From positions 19,240 through 59,239 of the forward strand of contig JAZRWA010000097.1 in NCBI GenBank assembly GCA_045599485.1: 40,000 bases of DNA, in the 5' to 3' direction. The notes beneath the pieces are model-generated. The model was not told the origin of the DNA, did not search any database, and saw nothing but the letters and a program-made list of their open reading frames with translations. Origin of the DNA: Clostridia bacterium (lineage in GTDB: Bacteria > Bacillota > Clostridia > Christensenellales > Aristaeellaceae). Below, one piece after another: positions 19,708 to 28,965 of the stretch (positions are counted from its first letter, which is position 1; the number at the start of each line of letters is the position of its first letter). A program made the position numbers and the translations under genes.

Positions 19708-20907
19708 TCAAAGTTTGAAAACATCGACCTCGGTACCGACCGGGAGGGGACCGACTCCACCGGGAATATCCACCAGACAATTGCAGCCGATCATGGAAGA
19801 AATGGAACCGCTTGAATGGTTATCGGAGTTAAAGTAAAGTTCACTGCCATTGAAACGAGCACGTGCAAGACGGCGTACTTTGCCGCCTTTAGGGAAGGGT
19901 TGCGCCAGACGGGCACGGAAACGGACAGGGGCGAAATCGCTCTGACCGGCCAGTTTTGCCAGTACAGGTCGGGCGAAAATTTCAAAACAGGCAATGGCGG
20001 CATAGGGATTGCCGGAAAGACAGATCATCGGCTTTCCCTGACAGGTAGCGGCAAGAAGCGGGGAACCGGGTTTCATGGCAATCTTCCAAAAGAGGCGTTC
20101 GGCCTCCATCATGGGCAGAACCTGATGCATAATATCTTTTTTGCCGACCGAAACGCCGCCGGTAGTGATGAGGATATCCGCCTGCTGCAGCGATTCCAGC
20201 AGGGCGGAAGCGGCCTGCTGGGGCTCATCAGCCACATTGGAGAGCACCTGTGTGCGGATGCCCAGCTCAGCCATGCGAGCGGTCAGATAGCCCTTGCTGC
20301 TGTCGTAAATTTTTCCGAAAGACAGCTCCTCACCTGCTTCAATCAGTTCGTCACCGGTACAAAGCAGCACGGCTGTGGGACGGCGAAAGACTTCGACTTG
20401 CGTGACGCCGATGCCGCAGAGCGTTCCGATATGCGCAGGAGAGATCCTGTCACCGCGTTTCAGCACAACAGTGCCTTCGGGAAGATCTTCACCGGCCCAG
20501 CAGATGTTTTGGTTGTGCCCGACGGCAGCATAAATCTCGACGGTGTCCATCCCTTCGTTGGTGTCCTCCTGACGAATGACACAATCGCAAGCCGCGGGGA
20601 CGGGGGCACCGGTCATAATGCGAAGGGCTTCGCCGGGCTTGGGAGCAAAAACGGTTCCGCAGCCGGCACAGGCTTCTCCGATGACGGTGAGGCGGACAGG
20701 CTGCTCACGGGTCGCAGTGACAATGTCCTCACTGTGCAGGGCATAGCCGTCCAGGGGGGAACGGTTGAAGGGCGGAAGATTGACACGGCTGGCAACATCG
20801 GCAGCGGCGATCCGCCCCAAAGCGTCACAAAGCGGAAGAACTTCGGTCTCCTTGACAGAGGATGTATGGCTGAGCAGCAGCTCAAGAGCATTTTCCAAGG
20901 TTTCCAT
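19708..20907 (-). CDS. moeA: Molybdopterin molybdenumtransferase MoeA
   Basis: 399 aa. MoeA family features (SPLDGYA, ITTGGVSVGKKD, MKPG, LSGNP). TGA stop. Confidence 0.9.
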   Translation of the reverse strand: METLENALELLLSHTSSVKETEVLPLCDALGRIAAADVASRVNLPPFNRSPLDGYALHSEDIVTATREQPVRLTVIGEACAGCGTVFAPKPGEALRIMTGAPVPAACDCVIRQEDTNEGMDTVEIYAAVGHNQNICWAGEDLPEGTVVLKRGDRISPAHIGTLCGIGVTQVEVFRRPTAVLLCTGDELIEAGEELSFGKIYDSSKGYLTARMAELGIRTQVLSNVADEPQQAASALLESLQQADILITTGGVSVGKKDIMHQVLPMMEAERLFWKIAMKPGSPLLAATCQGKPMICLSGNPYAAIACFEIFARPVLAKLAGQSDFAPVRFRARLAQPFPKGGKVRRLARARFNGSELYFNSDNHSSGSISSMIGCNCLVDIPGGVGPLPVGTEVDVFKL

Positions 20908-20910
20908 TGA

Positions 20911-21450
20911 TTAAACTCCAGTCTGTTTTTCGATGAAGGCAACCAGATCGGGAAGCAGGATATCGCGATTGTCGGGTGTGACATCCACAACAAGTACATC
21001 GGGACGCGATTTGATTTGCTGCACCAGATCAGATTGACAATCCTGCAGCACGCCAATCACAGGCTTGGTGCCGTCAAGGACGGAAAGGACCGCAGAACAA
21101 AAGCCTGCGGAACGACTTTCCAAACGGCCGATTTCGTCCATCAGTACAAAGGAGTGACTGTCGGTAAGCGCTGCATTCAGTACGGCGACGCCATTTTGCT
21201 CAAAGGCTTCCGGCACGGGAACGCTGAGCCGCTGCGCCAGACGTACGCTGATGACAGCATCCTGTTGAAACACAGAAATATCACTGAGGGCGTGCAGATA
21301 AAAGCCGCGGCGTTCGTTGTTGATGAGCAATGGACGTGTTTCAAAACCACCGCAATCGAGCTCGCACTGCTGAATGAGGAGACGGAGCAAGGTGGATTTT
21401 CCAACCTGCTTTTGGCCTGTCAGAAAGAGGTGCCTCTTATTCATTTGCAT
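20911..21450 (-). CDS. P-loop NTPase (THEP1/NTPase-1 like)
   Basis: Walker A (LTGQKQVGKST) and Walker B-like MDEIG. The start is at the ATG at 21450 or 21444, overlapping the mobB end. Confidence 0.65.
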   Translation of the reverse strand: MQMNKRHLFLTGQKQVGKSTLLRLLIQQCELDCGGFETRPLLINNERRGFYLHALSDISVFQQDAVISVRLAQRLSVPVPEAFEQNGVAVLNAALTDSHSFVLMDEIGRLESRSAGFCSAVLSVLDGTKPVIGVLQDCQSDLVQQIKSRPDVLVVDVTPDNRDILLPDLVAFIEKQTGV

Positions 21451-22132
21451 TCTCTCCGGCCCAACTGCGGACAAGCTTGGCCTGTTCGGCGGAAAGTTTA
21501 ATTTCCTTACCGTCCACGATCACCGTGATCGCGTTGGCTTGCAGCTTGTGCTCGTGATGATGGCAGCCACATTGACAGAAACCATCGCCGGTCACGCCGG
21601 GTACAGGGGGAAGAGAAACATCCAATGCCGGAGTAAGGGATGCATCGGGCACGTGGACATCAATGAAATCGAGCAGAGCGGCGGCATCCTCCAACGCGTT
21701 GAAGCGGGGGAGAGAGACGTCACTTTCAGCAAGTGCCGCGATGCGGCCGGCACAGCAGATGGTCAGATCGTTGATGCGCTCGGAAGCGTCTTTGTCCTTA
21801 TGCGCGCAAACAATGCGGGCCACGGGGGAAAGATAATCACCTTCGAGAATAAGATAATCATTTCCTTCGAATGCGGTGGCCACCCGGCTGAGAGAGAGTG
21901 CACCGGGCTTAATAAAGGCAGTCTCATTCTTGGCACGGGCGCATACCATGGCGCTGCCTGCTTTGATATGACGGGCGGTATTGCTGTCCGGCTTGTCAAT
22001 GGAGAAGCCGGGACAGAAAATGCTTTTGCAGGTACCGACTTTTTTCCCGCGGGCGTTGATCTCTTTGATCAACGCTTCCACGGTGCTTGTTTTACCGGAC
22101 TTGCGGATTCCGACGACGGTAAAAATCTTCAT
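21437..22132 (-). CDS. mobB: MobB-like molybdopterin-guanine dinucleotide biosynthesis adapter with a Cys/His-rich C-terminal extension
   Basis: N-terminus MKIFTVVGIRKSGKTS (P-loop). At 231 aa it is longer than typical MobB. The extension contains CQCGCHHHEH. Confidence 0.75.
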   Translation of the reverse strand: MKIFTVVGIRKSGKTSTVEALIKEINARGKKVGTCKSIFCPGFSIDKPDSNTARHIKAGSAMVCARAKNETAFIKPGALSLSRVATAFEGNDYLILEGDYLSPVARIVCAHKDKDASERINDLTICCAGRIAALAESDVSLPRFNALEDAAALLDFIDVHVPDASLTPALDVSLPPVPGVTGDGFCQCGCHHHEHKLQANAITVIVDGKEIKLSAEQAKLVRSWAGENANE

Positions 22133-22147
22133 TTTAACAGCTCCGAA

Positions 22148-22477
22148 TCAATAATTCTGAAACAGAACGGGGTTTTTCAGCCAACGTCCGCGATGCGGGT
22201 CAGCGGGGAAAACGAGGGTCAGAATGCCGCCCCGAAAAGAAAGCAGGGCAGTATTTACATCCTCTGCTTTCAGAAGGATGGCCATTCCGTCGGTACTTTC
22301 CACACGAAGAGCGGTTTTAACCGAAAAATCCAGCGCATCCACAAGGCGGACACCGAGCAGGTCTTCGCTCTTGCTTCCGTTATCGGCACTGGTGGTGGAA
22401 GAGGAAAACGAACAGAGCGGCAGTGATTGCCAATCAGTTTTTAAGCCCGTCAAAATGTGCCACCCCCAAAGGTACAT
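22148..22477 (-). CDS. Small protein resembling the molybdopterin-binding oxidoreductase (YedY/sulfite-oxidase-like) domain; start uncertain
   Basis: The C-terminal part (GVRLVDAL...STDGMAILLKAED...LSFRGG.LTLVFPADPHRGRWLKN) resembles the Moco-binding fold consensus. ORF 22148..22621 overlaps the upstream gene by 188 nt, so I used the internal ATG at 22477. No convincing RBS or signal peptide. Confidence 0.35.
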   Translation of the reverse strand: MYLWGWHILTGLKTDWQSLPLCSFSSSTTSADNGSKSEDLLGVRLVDALDFSVKTALRVESTDGMAILLKAEDVNTALLSFRGGILTLVFPADPHRGRWLKNPVLFQNY

Positions 22478-23228
22478 ACATATCGCGATAATCAAAGTCG
22501 CCGTGATGTCCGATGCCGTTTTCAAGATGAACACCATGATCGGCGCAGAGAAGGACGGTTCCCTTGAATTGACCGCAGAGCTCTGCACAGGCGGTATCCA
22601 GCTCGGAAAGCTTATCGCCAAGGTAGTTCAGATTATCCCCATAATCATGCTCAAGATCGTCCAGACCGTGAAAGTGTACGATGGTCAATCGAGGATGCTT
22701 GTTCAGCTGCCGCAGCGCGGCGGTGAGAACGGCATGATCTTTGGTCTCATTGGGGTTTGGCAGGGTCAGTACCGCAGGCTTTTCCAAACGGATCAACTCT
22801 TCGTCTGCTTCGATCAGCACAGCACTTTCTGTACGGAGTAAGGAAGGCACGCACACGGAATGGCAGCGTCGGGAGGTGACGCCGTGGCAGTCAGGTTGTT
22901 CGCCTGTCAGCATGGAAGCCATGGTGGAATGGGTGACGGGGGGATAGGTCGTCCGGGCACATTCACACTTGAAAAGACGTTTGATGAAGGACAGCTCTGA
23001 ACGGCGGAACAGATCCCAACCCAGCCCATCGATGTAGAGAATCATCACAGCATCCGATTGCAGGAACTGTTCAGTCAGCCTGGTTACATCGGTGATGCAG
23101 CGGCGTGTGTTGTCCAGAAAATACCCAACGGTTTGACCATTCAACTGACAGGAGACGGCGTCAGCAGGAAGGACTTCGGCGAAAATCATTCCATCGGGCG
23201 AAATAACCGGCAGCGCAGTCATGGGCAT
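22434..23228 (-). CDS. Alkaline-phosphatase superfamily (type I phosphodiesterase / nucleotide pyrophosphatase-like) protein
   Basis: 264 aa. Metal/nucleophile region (YIDGLGWD...TYPPVTHSTMASMLTG) and distal HGxD...ADHG motifs of the AP superfamily. Confidence 0.6.
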   Translation of the reverse strand: MPMTALPVISPDGMIFAEVLPADAVSCQLNGQTVGYFLDNTRRCITDVTRLTEQFLQSDAVMILYIDGLGWDLFRRSELSFIKRLFKCECARTTYPPVTHSTMASMLTGEQPDCHGVTSRRCHSVCVPSLLRTESAVLIEADEELIRLEKPAVLTLPNPNETKDHAVLTAALRQLNKHPRLTIVHFHGLDDLEHDYGDNLNYLGDKLSELDTACAELCGQFKGTVLLCADHGVHLENGIGHHGDFDYRDMYVPLGVAHFDGLKN

Positions 23229-24001
23229 CAGGTGGCTTGCTCGCCGTGACGGGGTTTGGTGACACGGGCAACCTGAATGCCGATTTCGTACAGCAGATAC
23301 ATGGGAACGCCCAGCATGATCTGGGATACGATATCGGGAGGTGTCAGGATGGCCGCAATGACGAAAATGCCGAAGAAGACATATTTACGGGCTTTAGCCA
23401 GCTTTTTGAAGTTGGTCCACCCCATGCGTGCACTGATGTAAAGGATCACGGGCAGCTCAAACGCCACACCGAAAGGCAGCAGGAAGGAGAACAAGAAGCT
23501 GACGTATTTGTCCAGAGAAAGAAGCGGGGTGGAATAGCCTTCGGCAGAGGAGATGAAGAAGGTGATAGCCAGATTGTAAACGCAGGCATAGCAGAACACG
23601 ATGCCGGTAATGAAGAGGAACACCGCGCAGAAGAACAGTGCGCGGAACAGACGGATCTCCTCATCATAGAGCGCGGGACGGATATAAGCCCATATGGAAT
23701 AGAAGATAAAGGGGCTTACAAGAACGATGCCGGAGATAAGGCTTACACGGAACTGTGTGGCAAAAGCCTCGCTGACAGCCAGGTTGACAATCTGGATGCC
23801 GCGCTCCAGAATGGGGGCTTCAATAAACTTCATCAGCGGATCACGGATGAAATAAAAGCTGACCACGACACCCACCAAAATGGCAATGGCTACGCGGACG
23901 AGCAGGGTGCGCAGCTCAAGCAGATGGGACATCAGGGAAGCGGTCTTGCTGGTGACCTGCTCGTTATGGACCGTATTGGCATGGGGCAGTTTTTCGCTCA
24001 T
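23228..24001 (-). CDS. tatC: Twin-arginine translocase subunit TatC
   Basis: 257 aa, six predicted TM segments. TatC-like N-terminus (LMSHLLELRTLLVRV) and conserved PFGVAFELP region. Confidence 0.9.
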   Translation of the reverse strand: MSEKLPHANTVHNEQVTSKTASLMSHLLELRTLLVRVAIAILVGVVVSFYFIRDPLMKFIEAPILERGIQIVNLAVSEAFATQFRVSLISGIVLVSPFIFYSIWAYIRPALYDEEIRLFRALFFCAVFLFITGIVFCYACVYNLAITFFISSAEGYSTPLLSLDKYVSFLFSFLLPFGVAFELPVILYISARMGWTNFKKLAKARKYVFFGIFVIAAILTPPDIVSQIMLGVPMYLLYEIGIQVARVTKPRHGEQAT

Positions 24002-24049
24002 GAATATTCCTCACTACAAAACAGGGAAGTATCATCACTTCCCGGGATA

Positions 24050-24080
24050 CAGAAAAGGCGGATGCCGTCAAGCATCCGCC
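24050..24080 (-). promoter_or_regulatory. Intercistronic hairpin between tatA and tatC (partial terminator or stoichiometry attenuator)
   Basis: On the minus strand GGCGGATGC-TTGAC-GGCATCCGCC is followed by TTTTCTG. A second hairpin (GGGAAGT..ACTTCCC) lies just downstream, before the tatC RBS. Confidence 0.4.
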
Positions 24081-24087
24081 ACAAGCG

Positions 24088-24276
24088 TCATGCCTTGGGC
24101 GCAGCGTCCTTATTTTCAGCTTCGCCTTCCTTGTTTTCGTCAGAATCCTTGACTTCCTTCTTGAATTCACGGATGCTCTGACCCAGCGCCTTGCCCACGC
24201 CGGCCAGTTTGGTGCCGCCGAAGATGACAAGTGCAAGCACAAGGATGAGGATGATTTCAGTTGTACCGAGACGCAT
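24088..24276 (-). CDS. tatA: Twin-arginine translocase subunit TatA/E
   Basis: 62 aa. N-terminal TM helix followed by an amphipathic helix (ILVLALVIFGGTKLAGVGKALGQSIREFKK). Confidence 0.9.
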   Translation of the reverse strand: MRLGTTEIILILVLALVIFGGTKLAGVGKALGQSIREFKKEVKDSDENKEGEAENKDAAPKA

Positions 24277-24278
24277 GA

Positions 24279-24629
24279 TTATTTTCCTCCTTTATGATTT
24301 GAAAGATCTTTGAAATTGAATTCCTTTTTTGCCTGGTTGATTTCTTTGTTCAAACCGCCAAGACTCTTGTTGATCTCTTCAATGGGCTGAGTCAGCTATT
24401 TGCCAAGATCGGTACCGTCTTCAGACGTTTTGATGTCTTTCTGAATGTCGTTGAGCTCATCAGTCAGCTCATCAAGGCCGGTTTCCTTTTTGATCTCCTA
24501 TAGCATGGCTTTGGCCTTTTTGACAAAGCGACCGAGCGCGCGCGCGACTTTTGGCAGGTCCTTCGGGCCGACTACGATGAATGCAATCAGCAGGATGAGG
24601 ACCAGTTCCGAGGCGCCAATACTCGTCAC
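24279..24629 (-). CDS. Second TatA/TatB-family protein, invisible to the ORF track because of two in-frame TAGs (24498-24500, 24396-24398)
   Basis: GTG at 24629 is preceded by GGGAGGTGAGGAG. The translation is (M)TSIGASELVLILLIAFIVVGPKDLPKVARALGRFVKKAKAML-TAG-EIKKETGLDELTDELNDIQKDIKTSEDGTDLGK-TAG-LTQPIEEINKSLGGLNKEINQAKKEF.. It ends at TAA (24279-24281), 2 nt before the tatA ATG. The (F)GxxELxxIxxxALxxFGPxKLP signature of the Tat family is present. Confidence 0.7.
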
Positions 24630-24659
24630 GGCTCCTCACCTCCCTCAAACAATGGTTGA

Positions 24660-24688
24660 AGTATATCATAAATCGAAAATAATGTAAA
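24660..24688 (-). promoter_or_regulatory. Sigma-A promoter of the tat operon
   Basis: The minus strand reads TTTACA (24688-24683), a 17-nt spacer and TATACT (24665-24660). Confidence 0.45.
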
Positions 24689-24712
24689 GAGAAATCGTTC
24701 ATGCAAAAGCGT

Positions 24713-25765
24713 TTAACCCTTTACTGCAAAAGCGTAGATGGTTTGACTGCGATAGAGATCGCCTTTTTTGAGAATGACGGAAGGAAAACCGGGATGATGG
24801 ATCGCGTCGGGATGATGCTGCGTTTCGAGAGCAATGCCAGCATAGGGCCCATAATGCGCATGACCGGCGGCATTGCTGATGTCAAAATGCTGACCGGTGT
24901 AGACCTGGACGGCAGGTTCGGTCGAGAGCAGATGCATCACACGTCCGCTGTCAGGGCAGGACAAAGCACCAAAGAGCCGCAAGCCTTCGCCCTCGATGGG
25001 AAAATTGAAGTCATAGCCGTGCCGGAGCACCATGATCGGCAGCTACGCACTGCGGCGCAGACCTTCACCAATGTTCAGCGGGGTACGGAAATCCACCGGC
25101 AGACCGTCGACGGAAAAATGGCGGCCTGTGGGGATCAGATCATCGTCCGTCTCTGTCATGGTAGCTGCGTTGAGCTGCAGCGAGTGATTCAGAATATCGC
25201 TGCCGCTGCCAAGATTGAAATAGCTGTGGTTGGTCAGATTGATAATGGTATCGGCGTCGGAAACGGCGCTGTAGCAAATGCAAAGCTCGTTACGGTCGGT
25301 CCATGCGTAAGTGATCTCCACATGCAGATTGCCGGGAAAGCCTTCCTCACCATCGGGACTGTCATAGGACAGAACCAACAGGTCAGCCTCAACGCCTTCC
25401 TGAATGGAAGCGTTGAACCAACGGTGTTCAAAACCCTGAAGTCCGCCGTGCAATGTGTTGCCGTGATCATTGGCGGCAAGATGGTAATGTGTGCCGTTCA
25501 GATCGAAAGCGGCACCGCCGATACGGTTGCCCACGCGGCCGATGGCAGCACCGAGATAACAGCCATCCTCGGTGGCGTAACCGGAGACATCGTCAAAGCC
25601 AAGGCAGACATTGCCGAGCCGGTCATTGCGGTCAGGTACCTTGACGGATACCACGTGCGCGCCGTAATCACAGACAGAAAGGGAAGCGCCGGAGGCATTG
25701 GTGAGGGTATAGAGTCGGGCTTCCCTATGATCAAGGAAACCGAAAGAAGAAACGGTAATGCTCAT
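24713..25765 (-). CDS. galM: Aldose 1-epimerase (galactose mutarotase), one in-frame TAG at 25043-25045
   Basis: ORFs 25043..25846 and 24713..25033 share a frame. AAGGAG RBS precedes the ATG at 25765. Family motifs GRVGNRI, NDHGNTLHGG, GYDFNF and GIALETQHHPDA. The joined length is 350 aa. TAA stop. Confidence 0.85.
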
Positions 25766-25775
25766 GGCTCGCTCC

Positions 25776-27605
25776 TTACTGCATGGTGAATTCGTCGGCG
25801 CGACGGAGCAGCGCGGCATTGGAAGCGGTCTTTTCAAACATGTCATCCAGAGCCGTCAAAGCCTCTTCGGGGGTCTTTTTGAACAGATACGAACGAATCT
25901 TTTCAGCGGCAGCGGCCATGTCGGGGCTTTGCATCAGCTCACGCTTGCGGGTGGTGCTGCGGCAAAGGTCAATGCTGCCTTTGGCTGTCAGATGTACTTC
26001 CATATTTGCGAAGCCGCGGAATTCATCCGCAATGGCGGCATCTAGGGGATTGCCGGTCTCGGAAGCCAACACCGCGATGACCGTCAGACTGCCGCCTTCC
26101 TTCAGTGCCCGGGCGGCACCGAAGATACGCTTGGGTTGATTCAGACAGCCTGCAGCGAGACCACCGGTCATGGTGCGGGCGTTCTGCGGCGCGCATTCGT
26201 TATAGGTACGACACAGGTTGGTCAGGTTGTCGATGACCACGACAACGTTTTTTTTCATTTCAGCCATGCGCATGGCATGGTGAGTCACCAACGCGGCGGC
26301 CAGAGTGATGTTTTCCGAAGGAGTGCCAAAGCCGGAGGCAATGACTTCGCCGGGCAGATTTTCACGGGCGGCGGTGATATCCTCGGGACGTTCACCGGGC
26401 AAAAGGGTGATCATTTGCGCGTCGGGGCAGCGTTCCATGACAGATGCGCAGATATCTTTGAGCAGTTCGGTTTTGCCGCAACGGGGTGGGGCTACGATCA
26501 GGGCACGCTGACCGAGACCAATCGGGGCCATCAGGTCGATGGTGCGCAGCATTTTCTGAGAGGGCTGGGAAGCCAACGGAATCTGCACGGTGGGATAAAC
26601 GGCGGTAAGTGAATCAAAGGGCACGCGGGCGGGCAGTTCACCGACTTCGATGCCGTTGACGTGTGTCACATAGATGAGCATGGGCTTTTTTTCGTTTTCG
26701 CCCTGCATGCGGAATTTGCCGGACACCTGATCGCCGGTCATCAGCTTGAAACGGCGAATCTGGGCGTGGGAGACGATGATATCGTCGATGGAAGGCATGT
26801 AGTTATGAACATGGAGCACGCCGGAACCATCTTCCAGAATGTTCAGCGTACCGCAGCCATCGATTTCGGGGGCGGCAAGCAGATCGGGCAGCGTTCCGGA
26901 AGTGGACTGCACGGGCTCACGCTGAGCCGGAGCCTCCCGCGGAAGCACAGGCGGACGCGGAGGAACGGACTCGGAGAGTACGCTGGACAGCGGCAGACGA
27001 TCCTCGGCCATGGGCTGTTCCATACGCGGACGCTCTTCCTCCACAGCGTTATCGGTGGAAGCATCCGGACCAAAACGATTGACTGTCTGGAAAGGCCGGG
27101 CGGCAGGACGCCTGTCCCCATAGGGTGAAGGCTGACGGCGTTCACCGAAGGGAGAGGCAGAACGCTGCTGATAAGGCGAGGCAGCGGTGTTTTGCTGCGG
27201 ACGGGGATTGCTCCAGGCACGGACGCCCTCCAGAGAGAAAACAGGCTTGTTGGTGCCGGGAACGTTGCCGCGGTTGACGACTGCGGGACCGTGCGGCGGC
27301 AGAGGAGAGGCCGTTCTGGAGGGAGTATGCAAGGGCACACGTGTGAAGGAGGGTGTGGGGGAGGTGATACCGGGATCCGGTTCGTCATTCGACGGCATGG
27401 GAACGGGGCGAATGACAGGGGCAGATGCTTCTGTTTGAGGTTCGGGCTTGACGGGAGAAGGAAGCTCATCCTTGATGAGTTCTTCACACAAGCGATCCAC
27501 AATGCCAGATTTTGAAATGCCTGCGCTCAGACGGATATCATTTTCACGCGCGATCTCACGCAGCCGGATGACGGTCATGCTTTCAAAGCCTTCTCTGGTG
27601 TACAA
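25776..27605 (-). CDS. rho: Transcription termination factor Rho with a long low-complexity N-terminal insertion
   Basis: The C-terminal RecA-type ATPase has Walker A (APPRCGKT) and Rho RNA-binding/Q-loop regions. The N-terminus has a Rho_N-like helix (TVIRLREIAREN). AAGGAGG lies 8 nt before the TTG at 27605, with an alternative ATG at 27578. TAA stop. Confidence 0.9.
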   Translation of the reverse strand: MYTREGFESMTVIRLREIARENDIRLSAGISKSGIVDRLCEELIKDELPSPVKPEPQTEASAPVIRPVPMPSNDEPDPGITSPTPSFTRVPLHTPSRTASPLPPHGPAVVNRGNVPGTNKPVFSLEGVRAWSNPRPQQNTAASPYQQRSASPFGERRQPSPYGDRRPAARPFQTVNRFGPDASTDNAVEEERPRMEQPMAEDRLPLSSVLSESVPPRPPVLPREAPAQREPVQSTSGTLPDLLAAPEIDGCGTLNILEDGSGVLHVHNYMPSIDDIIVSHAQIRRFKLMTGDQVSGKFRMQGENEKKPMLIYVTHVNGIEVGELPARVPFDSLTAVYPTVQIPLASQPSQKMLRTIDLMAPIGLGQRALIVAPPRCGKTELLKDICASVMERCPDAQMITLLPGERPEDITAARENLPGEVIASGFGTPSENITLAAALVTHHAMRMAEMKKNVVVVIDNLTNLCRTYNECAPQNARTMTGGLAAGCLNQPKRIFGAARALKEGGSLTVIAVLASETGNPLDAAIADEFRGFANMEVHLTAKGSIDLCRSTTRKRELMQSPDMAAAAEKIRSYLFKKTPEEALTALDDMFEKTASNAALLRRADEFTMQ

Positions 27606-27621
27606 CGGGGCATCCTCCTTG

Positions 27622-28626
27622 TTACTTGGTCGTATAGGGGTTGATCACAACAAGCACATCACGGTTGACGGCCTGCTCGACCCAATGGGAAAAATCACCG
27701 TAAAGGGTTTCATCGGCACCTTCAAAGCCGGCGTCCAGCGCGGCCCGCAGCAGCTTTTGCCTGGAAAGCGTATAGGTGTTGAAGGAAATGGCGGCGGCAC
27801 AGCCGGGCCGCAATGCTTCCCGCCAGGCAGGCAATGCCCGGGCCAGCAGCTGCTACAGGGTGCCGATGCCTTTTCCATGAGATGGGGCATGCTGTACGCC
27901 ATAGGGCAGATCGGCAATGAGCAGGTCGGCCCGCGTTTTTTTGGTCAGCAGACCGGTCATGGCGGTATCCGCACGGATGAAACTGATGGATTGGGCAAAG
28001 GGCGGTTTCAGAGTATAGCACTCTGTCGGGGCGTTTTTACCCTGAGGCAGCGTCATTGAAAGGCGCTGCTCGGCATAGCCGAGCTTGTTATATTGAAAGA
28101 AGCGTTTGGTAAACTGGGCGCCTTCGGTCAGAGCAGTATCATCGCAGTCGATGCCGATGGCATCCATGCCGTTTTCCAATGCACAGAATAGCCCGGTGCC
28201 GTGTCCGCAGATGGGGTCAAGCAACCGCTTGTGCGGCTCAAAAGGATGGGAGCTGCAGCTCAGAGCCAGATTGATCAGCAGGCGTGTAAAATCGGAATTG
28301 GTTTTTCCCTTGTATTTGAGTACATCGGGCATGCCGGAAGGAAAGGCGGAGGTGAAGGGAAGATCGAGCGGTTGCAGTAACCCATCCTCCTGCAGAAGAC
28401 ACAGCATATACAGTTCCGAGTGGCGGCATAGAAAAGAAAGCTTTTCGATATCCAACTCGTCCGTGTCAAAGCACAAAAATGGCGCGCCGCCAAGGGATAA
28501 AGAAAGAACATCGGCTTTCACACCACAGGCATGCAGCATACAGCGCAGTTCTTTCACGGAGAGCGTCAGCAGGGATTCCTGATAACGCGCGTTTGAATGA
28601 GCGCGCAATTGAAAAGCGTATCGCAT
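27622..28626 (-). CDS. Class I SAM-dependent N-methyltransferase (UPF0020/RlmL-like, motif IV DLPYG), one in-frame TAG at 27853-27855
   Basis: ORFs 27853..28629 and 27622..27834 share a frame. Motif I (LLDPICGHGTG) and motif IV (LIADLPYG). The junction reads GKGIGTL-TAG-QLLARALPAW. AAAGGAG RBS precedes the ATG at 28626. Confidence 0.7.
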
Positions 28627-28786
28627 CAAATGCTCCTTTTATGCATCATCAAGCTTTAAGCCATTATAACATGTTTTTGACATGACGGCAAGACAAAGAA
28701 ATGACGGAATTTCTTTTTTTGACTGGTTGTAAAGAAAAGAAATGTTGTAAAGACAGGAGGCATCCGGCTGAGTACGATCTCCCATC

Positions 28787-28816
28787 TTGAAACAAAGAAA
28801 GCTAAAGTGCTATAAT
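28787..28816 (+). promoter_or_regulatory. Extended -10 promoter upstream of the small secreted-protein gene
   Basis: TTGAAA (28787-28792), 18-nt spacer, TGcTATAAT (28808-28816). It leaves a leader of about 145 nt. Confidence 0.45.
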
Positions 28817-28965
28817 AACTCTGGTGAAAGACGAAAAAAGTTAGCGGCGCAAGGATCGAAAGGTCAAATGAGATATAGCCGTGAAGGTGCTCGTGAACGT
28901 TTTTCGGGTATCGTCAGGAAGAGCGGCAGCGGCGTATGAGACAAGGTATTCAAGGAGGAAACAAC

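Noticed and set aside
22148-22621. Taking the full 157-aa ORF as the gene model
   Set aside because: It would overlap the upstream AP-superfamily gene by 188 nt. The overlapping N-terminal part looks like out-of-frame translation of that gene. Only the C-terminal ~100 aa resemble a known fold, so a shorter, low-confidence model was listed.
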